From positions 1 to 41,776 of the forward strand of contig JAYWFX010000005.1 of assembly GCA_043778575.1 (NCBI GenBank): a stretch of 41,776 bases of DNA. The letters are read 5' to 3'. Below, piece after piece: positions 9,020 to 17,438 of the stretch (positions are counted from its first letter, which is position 1; each line of letters starts with the position of its first letter). The position numbers and the translations under genes were made by a program. The notes under the pieces are model-generated. The model searched no databases and had not been told where the DNA came from. It saw only the letters and a program-made list of their open reading frames with translations. This stretch comes from a bacterium (GTDB lineage: Bacteria > Patescibacteriota > JACMRA01).

Positions 9020-9787
9020 ATGAATACACAATTGAGTTTAATGAGTTTGTTTCAAGTTGGAGCTCATCGAGGAAATAAAAAAGCCAAGCTAAATCCCCAG
9101 CTAAAACAGCGTATTTATGGTTTCTCTAATAGCCAATGTCTGATTGATTTAGTTCAAACTAACTATGCTATTGAAGAGGCTGCTCAATTGATGTTCAGAT
9201 TAGGTCAAAAGAAGCGTCAAGTTCTGTTGGTTGGTACAGCTAAGCACATAAAGCCACTTGTCGAGGAGTTGTCGCAAAAGTTTGTACCAGATAAAATGCC
9301 GTTTGTGAATAATAGATGGTTAGGTGGAACTCTGACTAATTGGGTTACAATCAAAAAAACCTTAAAAGAGCTAGAGAAACTTATTAACATGGAGTCTAAC
9401 AAAGATTTCTTTGGTAAAATATCTCGTAACCAACAACTTCAAATAACCAGAGATAAGGATAAAAAAGTACGATTTGTAGGAGGATTGCAAAATCTAAAAT
9501 CAAGTCGCCCTGGTGTAGTGTTTATTCTTGATGGTTCTACAGATCCAGTTGCTATGAGAGAAGCAGACAAAATGGGTATACCAGTAATATCATTAGTTGG
9601 TACAAACGTAGTGACCTTACCAGAGAAAACAAACACTACGATTCTTTGTAATGTAAACTCAATAAATGCAGTAAAATTAATATCTGATTATTTGATTGAA
9701 AACTACAACAAGGGATTTGCACAAGGTGTCCCAGCCAGTATTCAAGAAAACATAAAACATAGTCAATCAGTAGTTGCTGGTGCATAA
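9020..9787 (+). CDS. rpsB: 30S ribosomal protein S2
   Basis: LFQVGAHRGNKKAKLNPQLKQRIYG...CLIDLVQT, NNRWLGGTLTNW, and a C-terminal P-loop-like DPVAMREADKMGIPVISLVGTN. Confidence 0.93.
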   Translation: MNTQLSLMSLFQVGAHRGNKKAKLNPQLKQRIYGFSNSQCLIDLVQTNYAIEEAAQLMFRLGQKKRQVLLVGTAKHIKPLVEELSQKFVPDKMPFVNNRWLGGTLTNWVTIKKTLKELEKLINMESNKDFFGKISRNQQLQITRDKDKKVRFVGGLQNLKSSRPGVVFILDGSTDPVAMREADKMGIPVISLVGTNVVTLPEKTNTTILCNVNSINAVKLISDYLIENYNKGFAQGVPASIQENIKHSQSVVAGA

Positions 9788-9803
9788 TACAATAATTTTT
9801 ATC

Positions 9804-10001
9804 ATGGCTCATTGGAATAAAAACAAGATATTACTCATCTCCACAGAGATTAATCCTACTACTAGCAAGAAAATAGTTCATCGTTATTTGATAACTAAAT
9901 CCAAAGGTAAGGGTAAGCCACAACAGGGTAAGTTGACTTTAAAAAAATATAACCCTATTCTCAGAAAACATGTTTTGTACACTGAGACAAAGTACAAATA
10001 G
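9804..10001 (+). CDS. rpmG: 50S ribosomal protein L33
   Basis: The ATG is at 9804 (MAHWNKNKILLISTE...). The C-terminal KLTLKKYNPILRKHVLYTETK matches the L33 signature 'kLelkKYcp.crkHt.hkE.K'. This is a Cys-less variant. Confidence 0.8.
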   Translation: MAHWNKNKILLISTEINPTTSKKIVHRYLITKSKGKGKPQQGKLTLKKYNPILRKHVLYTETKYK

Positions 10002-10033
10002 TAATTACCAATTTATAATTTTATATATATTAT

Positions 10034-10246
10034 ATGGCTTTGAAAAAAATGAGAGCAAAAACCCACAAAGGTGCTAGAAAAAGAATTCATGTCACAAATG
10101 GTGGTGATTTGTCTGTAGGTAAACTAACTATTAGTAGAATTTTTAAGAATCACAGAAAATCTAAGCGACAGAGAGAACGTGTTTTAAAAGCTGTGCGATC
10201 AACTACCCTAAATGCGATTCATAATAAATTAAAAGCAATTATTTAA
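10034..10246 (+). CDS. rpmI: 50S ribosomal protein L35
   Basis: MALKKMRAKTHKGARKRIHVTNGG... The protein is basic, 70 aa long, and lies directly upstream of rplT. Confidence 0.9.
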   Translation: MALKKMRAKTHKGARKRIHVTNGGDLSVGKLTISRIFKNHRKSKRQRERVLKAVRSTTLNAIHNKLKAII

Positions 10247-10266
10247 CCTTAACTATATAGATTGAG

Positions 10267-10626
10267 ATGTCACGAGTAAAAAAAGGTTTAGCCGCAAACA
10301 AGCATAGAAAGTATTTATTGAAACGAGCAAAAGGCTACCTAAATGGTGCTCATAGTAAATTTAGGTCAGCAAAAGAAAGGTTGTTGAAAGCTGAGTCAAA
10401 CATGTATAAGAGTAGACGTTTGAGAAAGCGTGATTTTAGAAGCCTTTGGATTCAACGCATAAATGGATCATTAGATCAGATTGGTAGTGATATTAATTAC
10501 TCCACATTTATTTATTTACTTGCAAAATCAGGTAGCACTTTGAATAGGAAGTCAGTATCTGAGATAGCATTAAAAGATATTGAATCATTTAAGTCGCTTG
10601 TTTCCTCACTCGAATCATTTAGATAA
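10267..10626 (+). CDS. rplT: 50S ribosomal protein L20
   Basis: MSRVKKGLAANKHRKYLLKRAKGY...AKERLLKAESNMYKSRRLRKRDFRSLWIQRIN. Confidence 0.95.
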   Translation: MSRVKKGLAANKHRKYLLKRAKGYLNGAHSKFRSAKERLLKAESNMYKSRRLRKRDFRSLWIQRINGSLDQIGSDINYSTFIYLLAKSGSTLNRKSVSEIALKDIESFKSLVSSLESFR

Positions 10627-10654
10627 CCATTCTTTGTTTTCCCTAAAGAAACTC

Positions 10655-10675
10655 TCTCCCTAACTGGGAGATTTT
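10655..10675 (+). terminator. Rho-independent terminator after rplT
   Basis: TCTCCC (10655-10660) / GGGAGA (10666-10671) with a 5-nt loop, followed by TTTT. It overlaps the stop of the convergent map gene. Confidence 0.6.
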
Positions 10676-11462
10676 ATATTGGTAAAATATCGTCCTTTTC
10701 AATGTGAGTTAGAACTTCACAACCATTTTTTGTAACGATAACTTCGTGTTCCCAGTGGGCTGATAGACTTCGATCTTTTGATTTTACAGTCCATCCATCA
10801 TCCATAAAATCTACCTCATCATGCCCCAAATTAAACATTGGCTCTATGCAGATTATTTGATTCTCAAACAGTCTCACACCTTGTCCTTTTTGACCTTGAT
10901 TTGGTATAAAAGGATCTTCATGTACACTATAACCTACTCCATGACCTCCTAGCTCATAGACATTTCCATACTTATATTTTTTAGCTACACGATTTACTGC
11001 AAAACCAATATCGCCAACCCTTACACCAGATTTTACTGTTTTTATCCCATCCCACAGAGCTTTTTTGGTGTTTTCTACTAGCATATTCACCTCATCAGGA
11101 ACTTTCCCAACAATCACACTAATTGCTGCGTCAGAAAATAAACCTTTGTAGTTGCAACCAAGATCCAGTCCAACTACTGAATTGTTTGGTATTATTTTGT
11201 CCACTGACGAAAACCCATGGACAATTTCTTCGTTAATAGAAGTACACAATGCAAACTGAAACGGTCTGCTACTCAATCCGCTGTAGTTTAAAAAGCTAGG
11301 AACTGCATCGTATTTGAGAAAAAATGAACGTGCAAAATCATCCAATATTTTAGCTGACACACCTTGCTTGACTAATGATTTGAGGTGATGCAAGCAACTG
11401 GCAGTAATTCTACAACTAAATCTCAATTTTTCTAGGTCATCTTTTGATTTCAAAATTGCCAT
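10674..11462 (-). CDS. map: Methionine aminopeptidase type I
   Basis: DFARSFFLKYDAVPSFLNY, VHGF, VVGLDLG, DAAISVIVG, GGHGVGYSVHEDP, ICIEPM, and AHWEHEVIVT supply the metal ligands and the pita-bread fold motifs. Confidence 0.95.
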   Translation of the reverse strand: MAILKSKDDLEKLRFSCRITASCLHHLKSLVKQGVSAKILDDFARSFFLKYDAVPSFLNYSGLSSRPFQFALCTSINEEIVHGFSSVDKIIPNNSVVGLDLGCNYKGLFSDAAISVIVGKVPDEVNMLVENTKKALWDGIKTVKSGVRVGDIGFAVNRVAKKYKYGNVYELGGHGVGYSVHEDPFIPNQGQKGQGVRLFENQIICIEPMFNLGHDEVDFMDDGWTVKSKDRSLSAHWEHEVIVTKNGCEVLTHIEKDDILPI

Positions 11463-11499
11463 GCTCCATAATACAACATTATCTACCAGATCACGTCAA

Positions 11500-12963
11500 T
11501 TATTTGTTTGCAAGAAAAGGACCAGTGAACTCAAGAACAGAGACTGATGTGGCTGGAAGAGAAAAAGGCGAAGTATATTGAGGTGTTATTGATTTGCTCA
11601 CTATAGTGTTGCCTGCCAACGTTAGTTGTTTAAATCCAATGTTTGTATTATTTGTCATCTTGTTGATAGTCATATCCTTTCTGATAGTCGATTGATTAAC
11701 CAACACGATTGATCGTTTGGTGTTGTCTTTTGAAACCACTGCTAGTGCAAAAATATCTGGATCGTTGGTTTGTGTGCTAATTATGTTTCCCTCTGGAAGA
11801 TCACTAAGCATGCTCCACACTTGTCCTGCTGGACGAATTTGGTAAGTTGTCGGATTCATTTTCCCGAAATTAATGTCAACATCTGTCCATGCTGCCACGT
11901 TTGAAGCTCCGTTTTGAAGTGCAGAAATAACAGTAAGAGCGTCAAATACAGCACCTTTTTGGTTTGCCATTCTTGGATCATTTGCTTCCCATGAAATATT
12001 AAATTCGTTGAGATGAATCGGAACGTTTATATTTTTTTCAATTAGGGCTGATTTCAATGATGAAGTTGACCAAAATGGATACATCGTTGCTCTATAAAAA
12101 ATATCCGTGTCAGTGTCTGTTTTGCTCCCACTAATATAAATGTGATAGCTCAAAAAATCAAGTGTCTTTGGTGATTTCTCCTTTGCTACTTCTGTTAAAA
12201 ATTCTTTCACTCCATCCATCCTCTCAGTTCTTGCCAGTGATGGCCCACCGATAACTAGGTTTGGTTGAATTTGCTTCATACCTTTGACAACTTGATTGTA
12301 CAGCTTTCCCATCTCTGTCATTTGTCGAGGTAGTCCATTGTCCTCTAGATTTACTGAGTAATTAAAATCACGCTCGTTAAGAATCTCAAAAGTTTTAATG
12401 TTGAGTTGTTCTTCTTGGTTGATAATCTTGACCAAGTCTTGGGAAAATTTAGTAAAGTTCTCATATTCAGTTTGATCCAAAATAGTCGAAACCACTGTAC
12501 CAGAAGAATTTACAAATGACTTGCGTTTCATCCAAGCTGGTGCGTCGGTTAGGGTGATGCTGAATTCAGAAGTAATACCCTGTGCCCTCCAATTCCTAAC
12601 CATGTCTGCAAATTGACGGATTTTTGCTCTATCCCAAGATTTTGTAGAGTTATTTGCCCAAGCTCTCCAGTTGGTTGGTGCATCCCCTTGGATAGAGTCA
12701 TGAAAACGAATAGTGCCTGGATTTAATCGTTTAATGCTTTGTATATATTTAGGATCATTTCCCCAGTAAATAGTCATTGCACCTTGACCATTTTGACTAA
12801 AGGTTTGTTTGGTAATTGGATATTTTACACTTGTCCAATCAGCGTATAAATTTGGAACATATCCAGCCGAAGCATATTGATAGTTGAATAAACTTAGCAT
12901 CACTGAAAATAGTGTCAGACCTATTATGGAGAGGATAGTAATTTTTTTATGAGAGAATTGCAT
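11500..12963 (-). CDS. Secreted or membrane-anchored clan GH-A (GH39-like) glycoside hydrolase
   Basis: An N-terminal hydrophobic anchor or signal is present (ITILSIIGLTLFSVMLSLF). FEILNERDF is a candidate acid/base NE. FLSYHIY is present. IHLNEFNISW is a candidate nucleophile E. A beta-rich C-terminal domain follows. Confidence 0.55.
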   Translation of the reverse strand: MQFSHKKITILSIIGLTLFSVMLSLFNYQYASAGYVPNLYADWTSVKYPITKQTFSQNGQGAMTIYWGNDPKYIQSIKRLNPGTIRFHDSIQGDAPTNWRAWANNSTKSWDRAKIRQFADMVRNWRAQGITSEFSITLTDAPAWMKRKSFVNSSGTVVSTILDQTEYENFTKFSQDLVKIINQEEQLNIKTFEILNERDFNYSVNLEDNGLPRQMTEMGKLYNQVVKGMKQIQPNLVIGGPSLARTERMDGVKEFLTEVAKEKSPKTLDFLSYHIYISGSKTDTDTDIFYRATMYPFWSTSSLKSALIEKNINVPIHLNEFNISWEANDPRMANQKGAVFDALTVISALQNGASNVAAWTDVDINFGKMNPTTYQIRPAGQVWSMLSDLPEGNIISTQTNDPDIFALAVVSKDNTKRSIVLVNQSTIRKDMTINKMTNNTNIGFKQLTLAGNTIVSKSITPQYTSPFSLPATSVSVLEFTGPFLANK

Positions 12964-13031
12964 AATATGATTGTATGTTTAGTTAGGCTACCACAAATTT
13001 TTTGCTCTGTACAATTTTATCCTATATAAAC

Positions 13032-13055
13032 AAAAGAAAACTCCTGTATGGAGTT
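13032..13055 (-). terminator. Rho-independent terminator after the YtxH-like gene
   Basis: AACTCC (13039-13044) / GGAGTT (13050-13055) with a 5-nt loop. The minus strand continues TTCTTTTG. Confidence 0.55.
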
Positions 13056-13109
13056 ATTAATTGGATGTTTTGTGGATTATTGTAAATTGAAACTAAATAT
13101 CTGACCCGA

Positions 13110-13460
13110 TTATTTTAGATCTTCATCTACTGTTGTTTGTTCCGCTACCACATCAACTGCTTCGTCTCTGCTGTTTTTAAATGAATCCCGAATTTTTGCC
13201 ATCACGTCTTTGCTTTTTTCAGCGGTTCCATCTGCTACTTCTGATACTTTATTTCTTAGACCTTCTGTTGCGTCTTGTATTTTTGACCCAGCTTTTTTGA
13301 CCTCTTTTTCAGTACTTGACCTCATTTCTTTGCCAGACTTTGGAGTTAAGAATATAGCAGCAGTACTCGATATGACGGCACTAAACAAAGAAAAGAACAA
13401 AATTTTACCTTGTTGCCTCCTGCGTTGTTGCGTCTGAATTTTTTTGAAGTATGAGAACAT
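13110..13460 (-). CDS. YtxH-domain general-stress-like protein
   Basis: A TM helix is followed by LTPKSGKEMRSSTEKEVKKAGSKIQDATEGLRNKV, the YtxH 'aPksGkelR' pattern. An alternative GTG start lies at 13481. Confidence 0.65.
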   Translation of the reverse strand: MFSYFKKIQTQQRRRQQGKILFFSLFSAVISSTAAIFLTPKSGKEMRSSTEKEVKKAGSKIQDATEGLRNKVSEVADGTAEKSKDVMAKIRDSFKNSRDEAVDVVAEQTTVDEDLK

Positions 13461-13571
13461 AATTAGTGAATTACACCACACAATATATCGGTCTAATTGA
13501 CAAATGTCAACGAAAAGTTTCGGTTAAGGGCGGTTGGTATCTATTGTATACAAAAAATTATTGTTAAAATT

Positions 13572-15419
13572 ATGTCACAAAATCTTGCTGAGTTCTGTGG
13601 TTTACTTCGATATCTTATTTTAATCTCCACCACTGCGGCGGGCACTGGTCATCCTACGTCTTCGCTTTCAGCTGTTGAACTATTGGCGACTCTGATGTTT
13701 GATGGCTATTTCAGATCTGACTTATCCAGTCCAAGTTATGCGAACAATGATAGGTTAATCTTTTCTAAGGGTCATGCTTGTCCACTTTTGTACTCTGTTT
13801 ATACTGTGCTGGGTGTGGTTTCGGTTGATGAACTGAATACGCTCAGACAATTTGAATCTGTGTTGGAGGGTCACCCCACAATGCGATGGCAATTTACTGA
13901 AGCAGCAACTGGTTCTCTCGGACAAGGTTTAGGGGTGGGTGCTGGTATGGCTATCAATGCCAAATACACTGGATTAGATTACAATACTTGGGTTATTTTA
14001 GGAGACTCTGAAATGGCTGAGGGTTCGGTGTGGGAGGCTATGGCGTCAGCGTCATATAGGAAATTAGATAATCTCATTGCGATAGTGGACGTCAATAGGC
14101 TAGGGCAGAGAGGTGAGACCATGCTTGGACATAATACAGAAATGTATCGACAACGATGTGAGTCTTTTGGGTGGGAATCTTTTGTCATAGATGGGCACGA
14201 TTTAGATATGATTAAGCAGTCCTTTGAAACTATTACCAGCGACAAATCAAAAAACAATGGCAAACCAAAGATAATTATAGCCACAACCTTCAAGGGTAAA
14301 GGAGTTTCATTTTTGGAGAATGTAGAGGGCTGGCACGGAAAAGCTCTTAATTTAGAACAGTTTCATGATGCTGAGCGAGAACTTGGGGAAATACGTACTG
14401 ATTTGATTGGGAGTGTTTCTTTGCCCCATCCAACCAATATCGTGTCGCAAACCAAGAAGACTAACAAGCAATCTAGTCTAGTGCAGTACAAACTCCACAC
14501 AAACACCTCCACTCGCAAATCATATGGTGAAAATCTCGTACAGCTGGTCGGATCTGACCCATCAATTATGGTGCTTGATGCTGAGATGAATAATTCTACA
14601 TTTTCAGAATTTGTAGCTCAAAAATACCCTGATCAGTTTGTAGAGTGTTTTATAGCCGAACAAAATATGATTAGCATTGCTACTGGTTTGTCATGCCGAG
14701 GTAAAAAGCCCTTTCTCAGTACATTTGCAGCATTTTTGACTCGTGGTTTTGATCAGATCAGGATGGCACAATATTCTCACTCAAATCTCAAAATTATGGG
14801 ATCACACTGCGGAGTGTCAATTGGTCCAGATGGAAGTAGTCAGATGGCAGTTGAAGATATTTCTATGATGCGGTCTATTCACGATTCTATAGTTTTGTAT
14901 CCGTCTGATGGAGTATCTACAGGAAAACTTTTGAGTCTTACCAATGACTTTATGGGGATTAGTTATTTGAGGTGTACTCGAGCTGATCTACCAGTGATCT
15001 ATGATAATGAAGAAACATTTGTAATTGGCGGTAGTAAAACCATACAAACTAGTAAAAAAGATGTAATCACAGTTTTTGCTGCTGGAATAACCTTACACGA
15101 AACTCTGAAAGCGTATCAAGCTCTACAATCGCAGGGTATATATATAAGAGTAGTTGATCTATACTCAATCAAACCATTGGACATTGAGGTTATTCAAAGG
15201 GCAGATAGTGAGACGAATCATTTGATAGTGGTTGAAGATCATTACAGAGAGGGTGGTATATACGAAGCTGTTTGTGGAAGTGGAGCAGTATCCAAAGCAA
15301 TCTACTCGTTAGCGGTAACTAAAATGAGTAGAAGTGGTACACCAGCAGAGCTCATGAGATATATGGGTATAGACGCAGAAGCAATTGTAACACTAGTTAA
15401 AGAGGTTTTGAAACACTAA
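13572..15419 (+). CDS. tkt: Transketolase (short, fused N+C type, 615 aa)
   Basis: GTGHPTSSLSAVELL, FSKGHACPLLY, LEGHPT, GSLGQGLGVGAGMA, ILGDSEMAEGSVWEAMASASYRKLDNLIAIVDVNRLGQ, and the C-terminal half FIAEQNMISIATGLS. The ATG at 13572 is preferred over the upstream TTG at 13497. Confidence 0.93.
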   Translation: MSQNLAEFCGLLRYLILISTTAAGTGHPTSSLSAVELLATLMFDGYFRSDLSSPSYANNDRLIFSKGHACPLLYSVYTVLGVVSVDELNTLRQFESVLEGHPTMRWQFTEAATGSLGQGLGVGAGMAINAKYTGLDYNTWVILGDSEMAEGSVWEAMASASYRKLDNLIAIVDVNRLGQRGETMLGHNTEMYRQRCESFGWESFVIDGHDLDMIKQSFETITSDKSKNNGKPKIIIATTFKGKGVSFLENVEGWHGKALNLEQFHDAERELGEIRTDLIGSVSLPHPTNIVSQTKKTNKQSSLVQYKLHTNTSTRKSYGENLVQLVGSDPSIMVLDAEMNNSTFSEFVAQKYPDQFVECFIAEQNMISIATGLSCRGKKPFLSTFAAFLTRGFDQIRMAQYSHSNLKIMGSHCGVSIGPDGSSQMAVEDISMMRSIHDSIVLYPSDGVSTGKLLSLTNDFMGISYLRCTRADLPVIYDNEETFVIGGSKTIQTSKKDVITVFAAGITLHETLKAYQALQSQGIYIRVVDLYSIKPLDIEVIQRADSETNHLIVVEDHYREGGIYEAVCGSGAVSKAIYSLAVTKMSRSGTPAELMRYMGIDAEAIVTLVKEVLKH

Positions 15420-15442
15420 GACCATCATCGTTTGAAATAGGC

Positions 15443-16024
15443 TTATAGCATGACCATTGACGGTGTGATAACTACATTGTCTATCTTGCAGCCTAAACTT
15501 ACTATGTGTTTAACTGTTGGGTGGTTGTCTTCGTTGTGCTGATTTAACGCATTCATCATAATCGGATCAAACTCATCGCCGATATTTGGCTGTATTACCT
15601 CATAACCTTGTGTAGCTAAATCACTTTTTATTTTGGTAAAGCTGGTGCTAAGAGTAGATATAAACGCAAGTACTTTTTCATCTTGAGTATCTGGAGCAAA
15701 GCTAAAGGCTAAATTAAGTGTGTTTAAGAAATCTAACACCGGCCCAAGCGTTATTTTTTTTATAGTTTTGCGAGTCTGTTGGAGATCTAGTGAGTGTTGA
15801 TTGGCTTGATTTTTTAGATCTGCTGCATAACGTTTTGCTGTATTCTCCCACTCTTTTACAGATTCTTCTAGTTGTATTATCGTGTCATTAGTTGGTGTTT
15901 CAAACACATCACCTGCTTTCATGTTCTCAGGGGTTTTTTCAGCAGTTGCGTGTATTTTGTCGATCACGCTTTGAATTTCTTCTGTATTAAACTCTTCACT
16001 GGTTTCAGGTCTATGCTGTGACAT
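15443..16024 (-). CDS. grpE: Nucleotide exchange factor GrpE
   Basis: An acidic N-terminus and a long helix are present (RYAADLKNQANQHSLDLQQTRK...VLDFLNTLNLAF). The C-terminal beta domain is FDPIMMNALNQ...VKHIVSLGCKIDNVVITPSMV. Confidence 0.8.
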   Translation of the reverse strand: MSQHRPETSEEFNTEEIQSVIDKIHATAEKTPENMKAGDVFETPTNDTIIQLEESVKEWENTAKRYAADLKNQANQHSLDLQQTRKTIKKITLGPVLDFLNTLNLAFSFAPDTQDEKVLAFISTLSTSFTKIKSDLATQGYEVIQPNIGDEFDPIMMNALNQHNEDNHPTVKHIVSLGCKIDNVVITPSMVML

Positions 16025-16198
16025 ATTAGTTGGGTTATATTAAGTTAGGTTAATTAAAAAATTCAATAATAAAAAAAGCCTCTGTTATATGAGACCTATT
16101 TCAATAGTGAATAACTGATTAATAAAATGAAAGATTTGATATGGTCTCAGGTTTTGTTTTTTAACTTTGTGATTTCTAAATAAAAATATAATTTTTAG

Positions 16199-16273
16199 TG
16201 GAGCGGGATAAGGGAATCGAACCCTTCTCATCAGCTTGGAAAGCTGAGGTAATAACCACTATACAAATCCCGC
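16199..16273 (-). tRNA. tRNA-Gly (anticodon UCC), CCA encoded
   Basis: The reverse complement GCGGGAT..TCAGC-TTTCCAA-GCTGA..AAGGG-TTCGATT-CCCTT-ATCCCGC-T-CCA folds as a cloverleaf with U73. Confidence 0.93.
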
Positions 16274-16274
16274 A

Positions 16275-16361
16275 TGGTCCGCAGTCTTGGATTTGAACCA
16301 AGGTAGGGAAAATCCCGACAGATTTACAGTCTGCTGCCATTGACCGCTCGGCCAACTGCGG
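16275..16361 (-). tRNA. tRNA-Tyr (anticodon GUA), class II long variable arm, CCA encoded
   Basis: The reverse complement is CCGCAGT-TG-GCC..GGC, with anticodon stem GCAGA/TCTGT and loop CTGTAAA. It has a long variable arm (CGGGATTTTCCC), T arm CTTGG-TTCAAAT-CCAAG, and acceptor ACTGCGG-A-CCA. Confidence 0.9.
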
Positions 16362-16514
16362 ATACACTAACCAATTCAATACATAGACCTATTTTTGTCA
16401 ATATTCTGTCTTTCGTTCAGAGATTTTTTTTAGAAAAGTGCTAAGCCTAATCAAACTTACTTGACATTCTCAAAAAACTCACACTTACCTAAAATATAAC
16501 ATTTTGATAATACT

Positions 16515-17006
16515 ATGTCGCGTCGAAAACGAGTTCTTAAGAGACCAAAAATCCATCCAGACACTACATTTACTAGTGTTTTAGTTTCCCGTTTGATTAA
16601 TAGAATCATGTATGATGGCAAAAAGACCATCGCTAGTAAAATCGTAAATCAGGCACTAATTGATGCTAGTGAAGAGCTTCAAGTCGCGCCTCTCGAAGTT
16701 CTTGAAACTGCACTCGAAAATGTGAGACCACAAATAGAGGTAAAGAGTATGCGTGTTGGAGGAGCAAGTTACCAAGTACCTATTGAGCCATATCCCGCAA
16801 GAGCTGTACGATTGGGGTTGACATGGATTACTGACTCAGCACGAAAAATAAAAGGTAAACCAATGTCACAGCGACTAAAATCTGTGTTAATTGACTCGTT
16901 CAAGTCAGAAGGTCCTGCCGTTGCTAAGCGAAACTCAGTTCATCAAACAGCAGCTGGAAACAAAGCATTTGCACATTTTGCAAATAGAGCAAGAAAGAAA
17001 AACTAG
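16515..17006 (+). CDS. rpsG: 30S ribosomal protein S7
   Basis: MSRRKRVLKRPKIHPDTTFTSVLVSRLINRIMYDGKKTIASKIV...MRVGGASYQVPIE...AFAHF. Confidence 0.96.
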   Translation: MSRRKRVLKRPKIHPDTTFTSVLVSRLINRIMYDGKKTIASKIVNQALIDASEELQVAPLEVLETALENVRPQIEVKSMRVGGASYQVPIEPYPARAVRLGLTWITDSARKIKGKPMSQRLKSVLIDSFKSEGPAVAKRNSVHQTAAGNKAFAHFANRARKKN

Positions 17007-17036
17007 TGTACTATATAATATAGATTCGCTCCAACT

Positions 17037-17058
17037 ACCTTCTTAACGAAGGTTTTTT
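17037..17058 (+). terminator. Rho-independent terminator after rpsG
   Basis: ACCTTC (17037-17042) / GAAGGT (17048-17053) with a 5-nt loop, then TTTTT. Confidence 0.7.
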
Positions 17059-17158
17059 ATTTAGTGTAAAGATTCAGTATTAAAGGTTTTGTATAAAATC
17101 AACAAACCACTAATTTGACAAAAATCCTTTCCTCTACCTACATCTAGTTACTACAAAT

Positions 17159-17235
17159 GGTGGTCGTAGCTCAGTTGGTAGAGTTCTGGTTTGTGGTACC
17201 AGTTGTCGCGGGTTCGAGCCCCGTCGTCCACCCCA
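17159..17235 (+). tRNA. tRNA-His (anticodon GUG) with encoded G-1 and CCA
   Basis: G(-1)-GTGGTCG..CTGGT-TTGTGGT-ACCAG..GCGGG-TTCGAGC-CCCGT-CGTCCAC-C-CCA. G-1 can pair with C73. There is one U5:U68 mismatch in the acceptor stem. Confidence 0.85.
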
Positions 17236-17280
17236 GATGATTTACACTGAGATCATTGTAGAAAACACAAAATAATTATC

Positions 17281-17354
17281 GGGCCCTTAGTTTAGTGGTA
17301 AAATACCTCACTTGCACTGAGGATTGGAGAGTTCGATTCTCTCAGGGTCCACCA
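17281..17354 (+). tRNA. tRNA-Ala (anticodon UGC), G3:U70 present, CCA encoded
   Basis: GGGCCCT..CCTCA-CTTGCAC-TGAGG..GAGAG-TTCGATT-CTCTC-AGGGTCC-A-CCA. The G3:U70 alanine identity pair is present. Confidence 0.93.
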
Positions 17355-17373
17355 AAAGTAGATAACATAACAC

Positions 17374-17396
17374 TCACCATAACAGGTGATTTTTTT
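17374..17396 (+). terminator. Rho-independent terminator after the tRNA-His/tRNA-Ala pair
   Basis: TCACC (17374-17378) / GGTGA (17385-17389) with a 6-nt loop, then T7. Confidence 0.6.
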
Positions 17397-17438
17397 GTGC
17401 TTTGACGAAATTGTATTTGACATTCTATCTGGGTCATA

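Noticed and set aside
16025-16198. CIRCE/HrcA operator or structured element upstream of grpE
   Set aside because: No TTAGCACTC-N9-GAGTGCTAA-like inverted repeat is present. The only feature is a weak 7-bp repeat (TGAGACC/GGTCTCA) separated by about 46 nt.
17159-17235. tRNA-His as a pseudogene because of a U5:U68 acceptor mismatch
   Set aside because: All other stems, the G-1:C73 feature, the T-loop and the anticodon loop are canonical. A single mismatch is tolerated in functional tRNAs.
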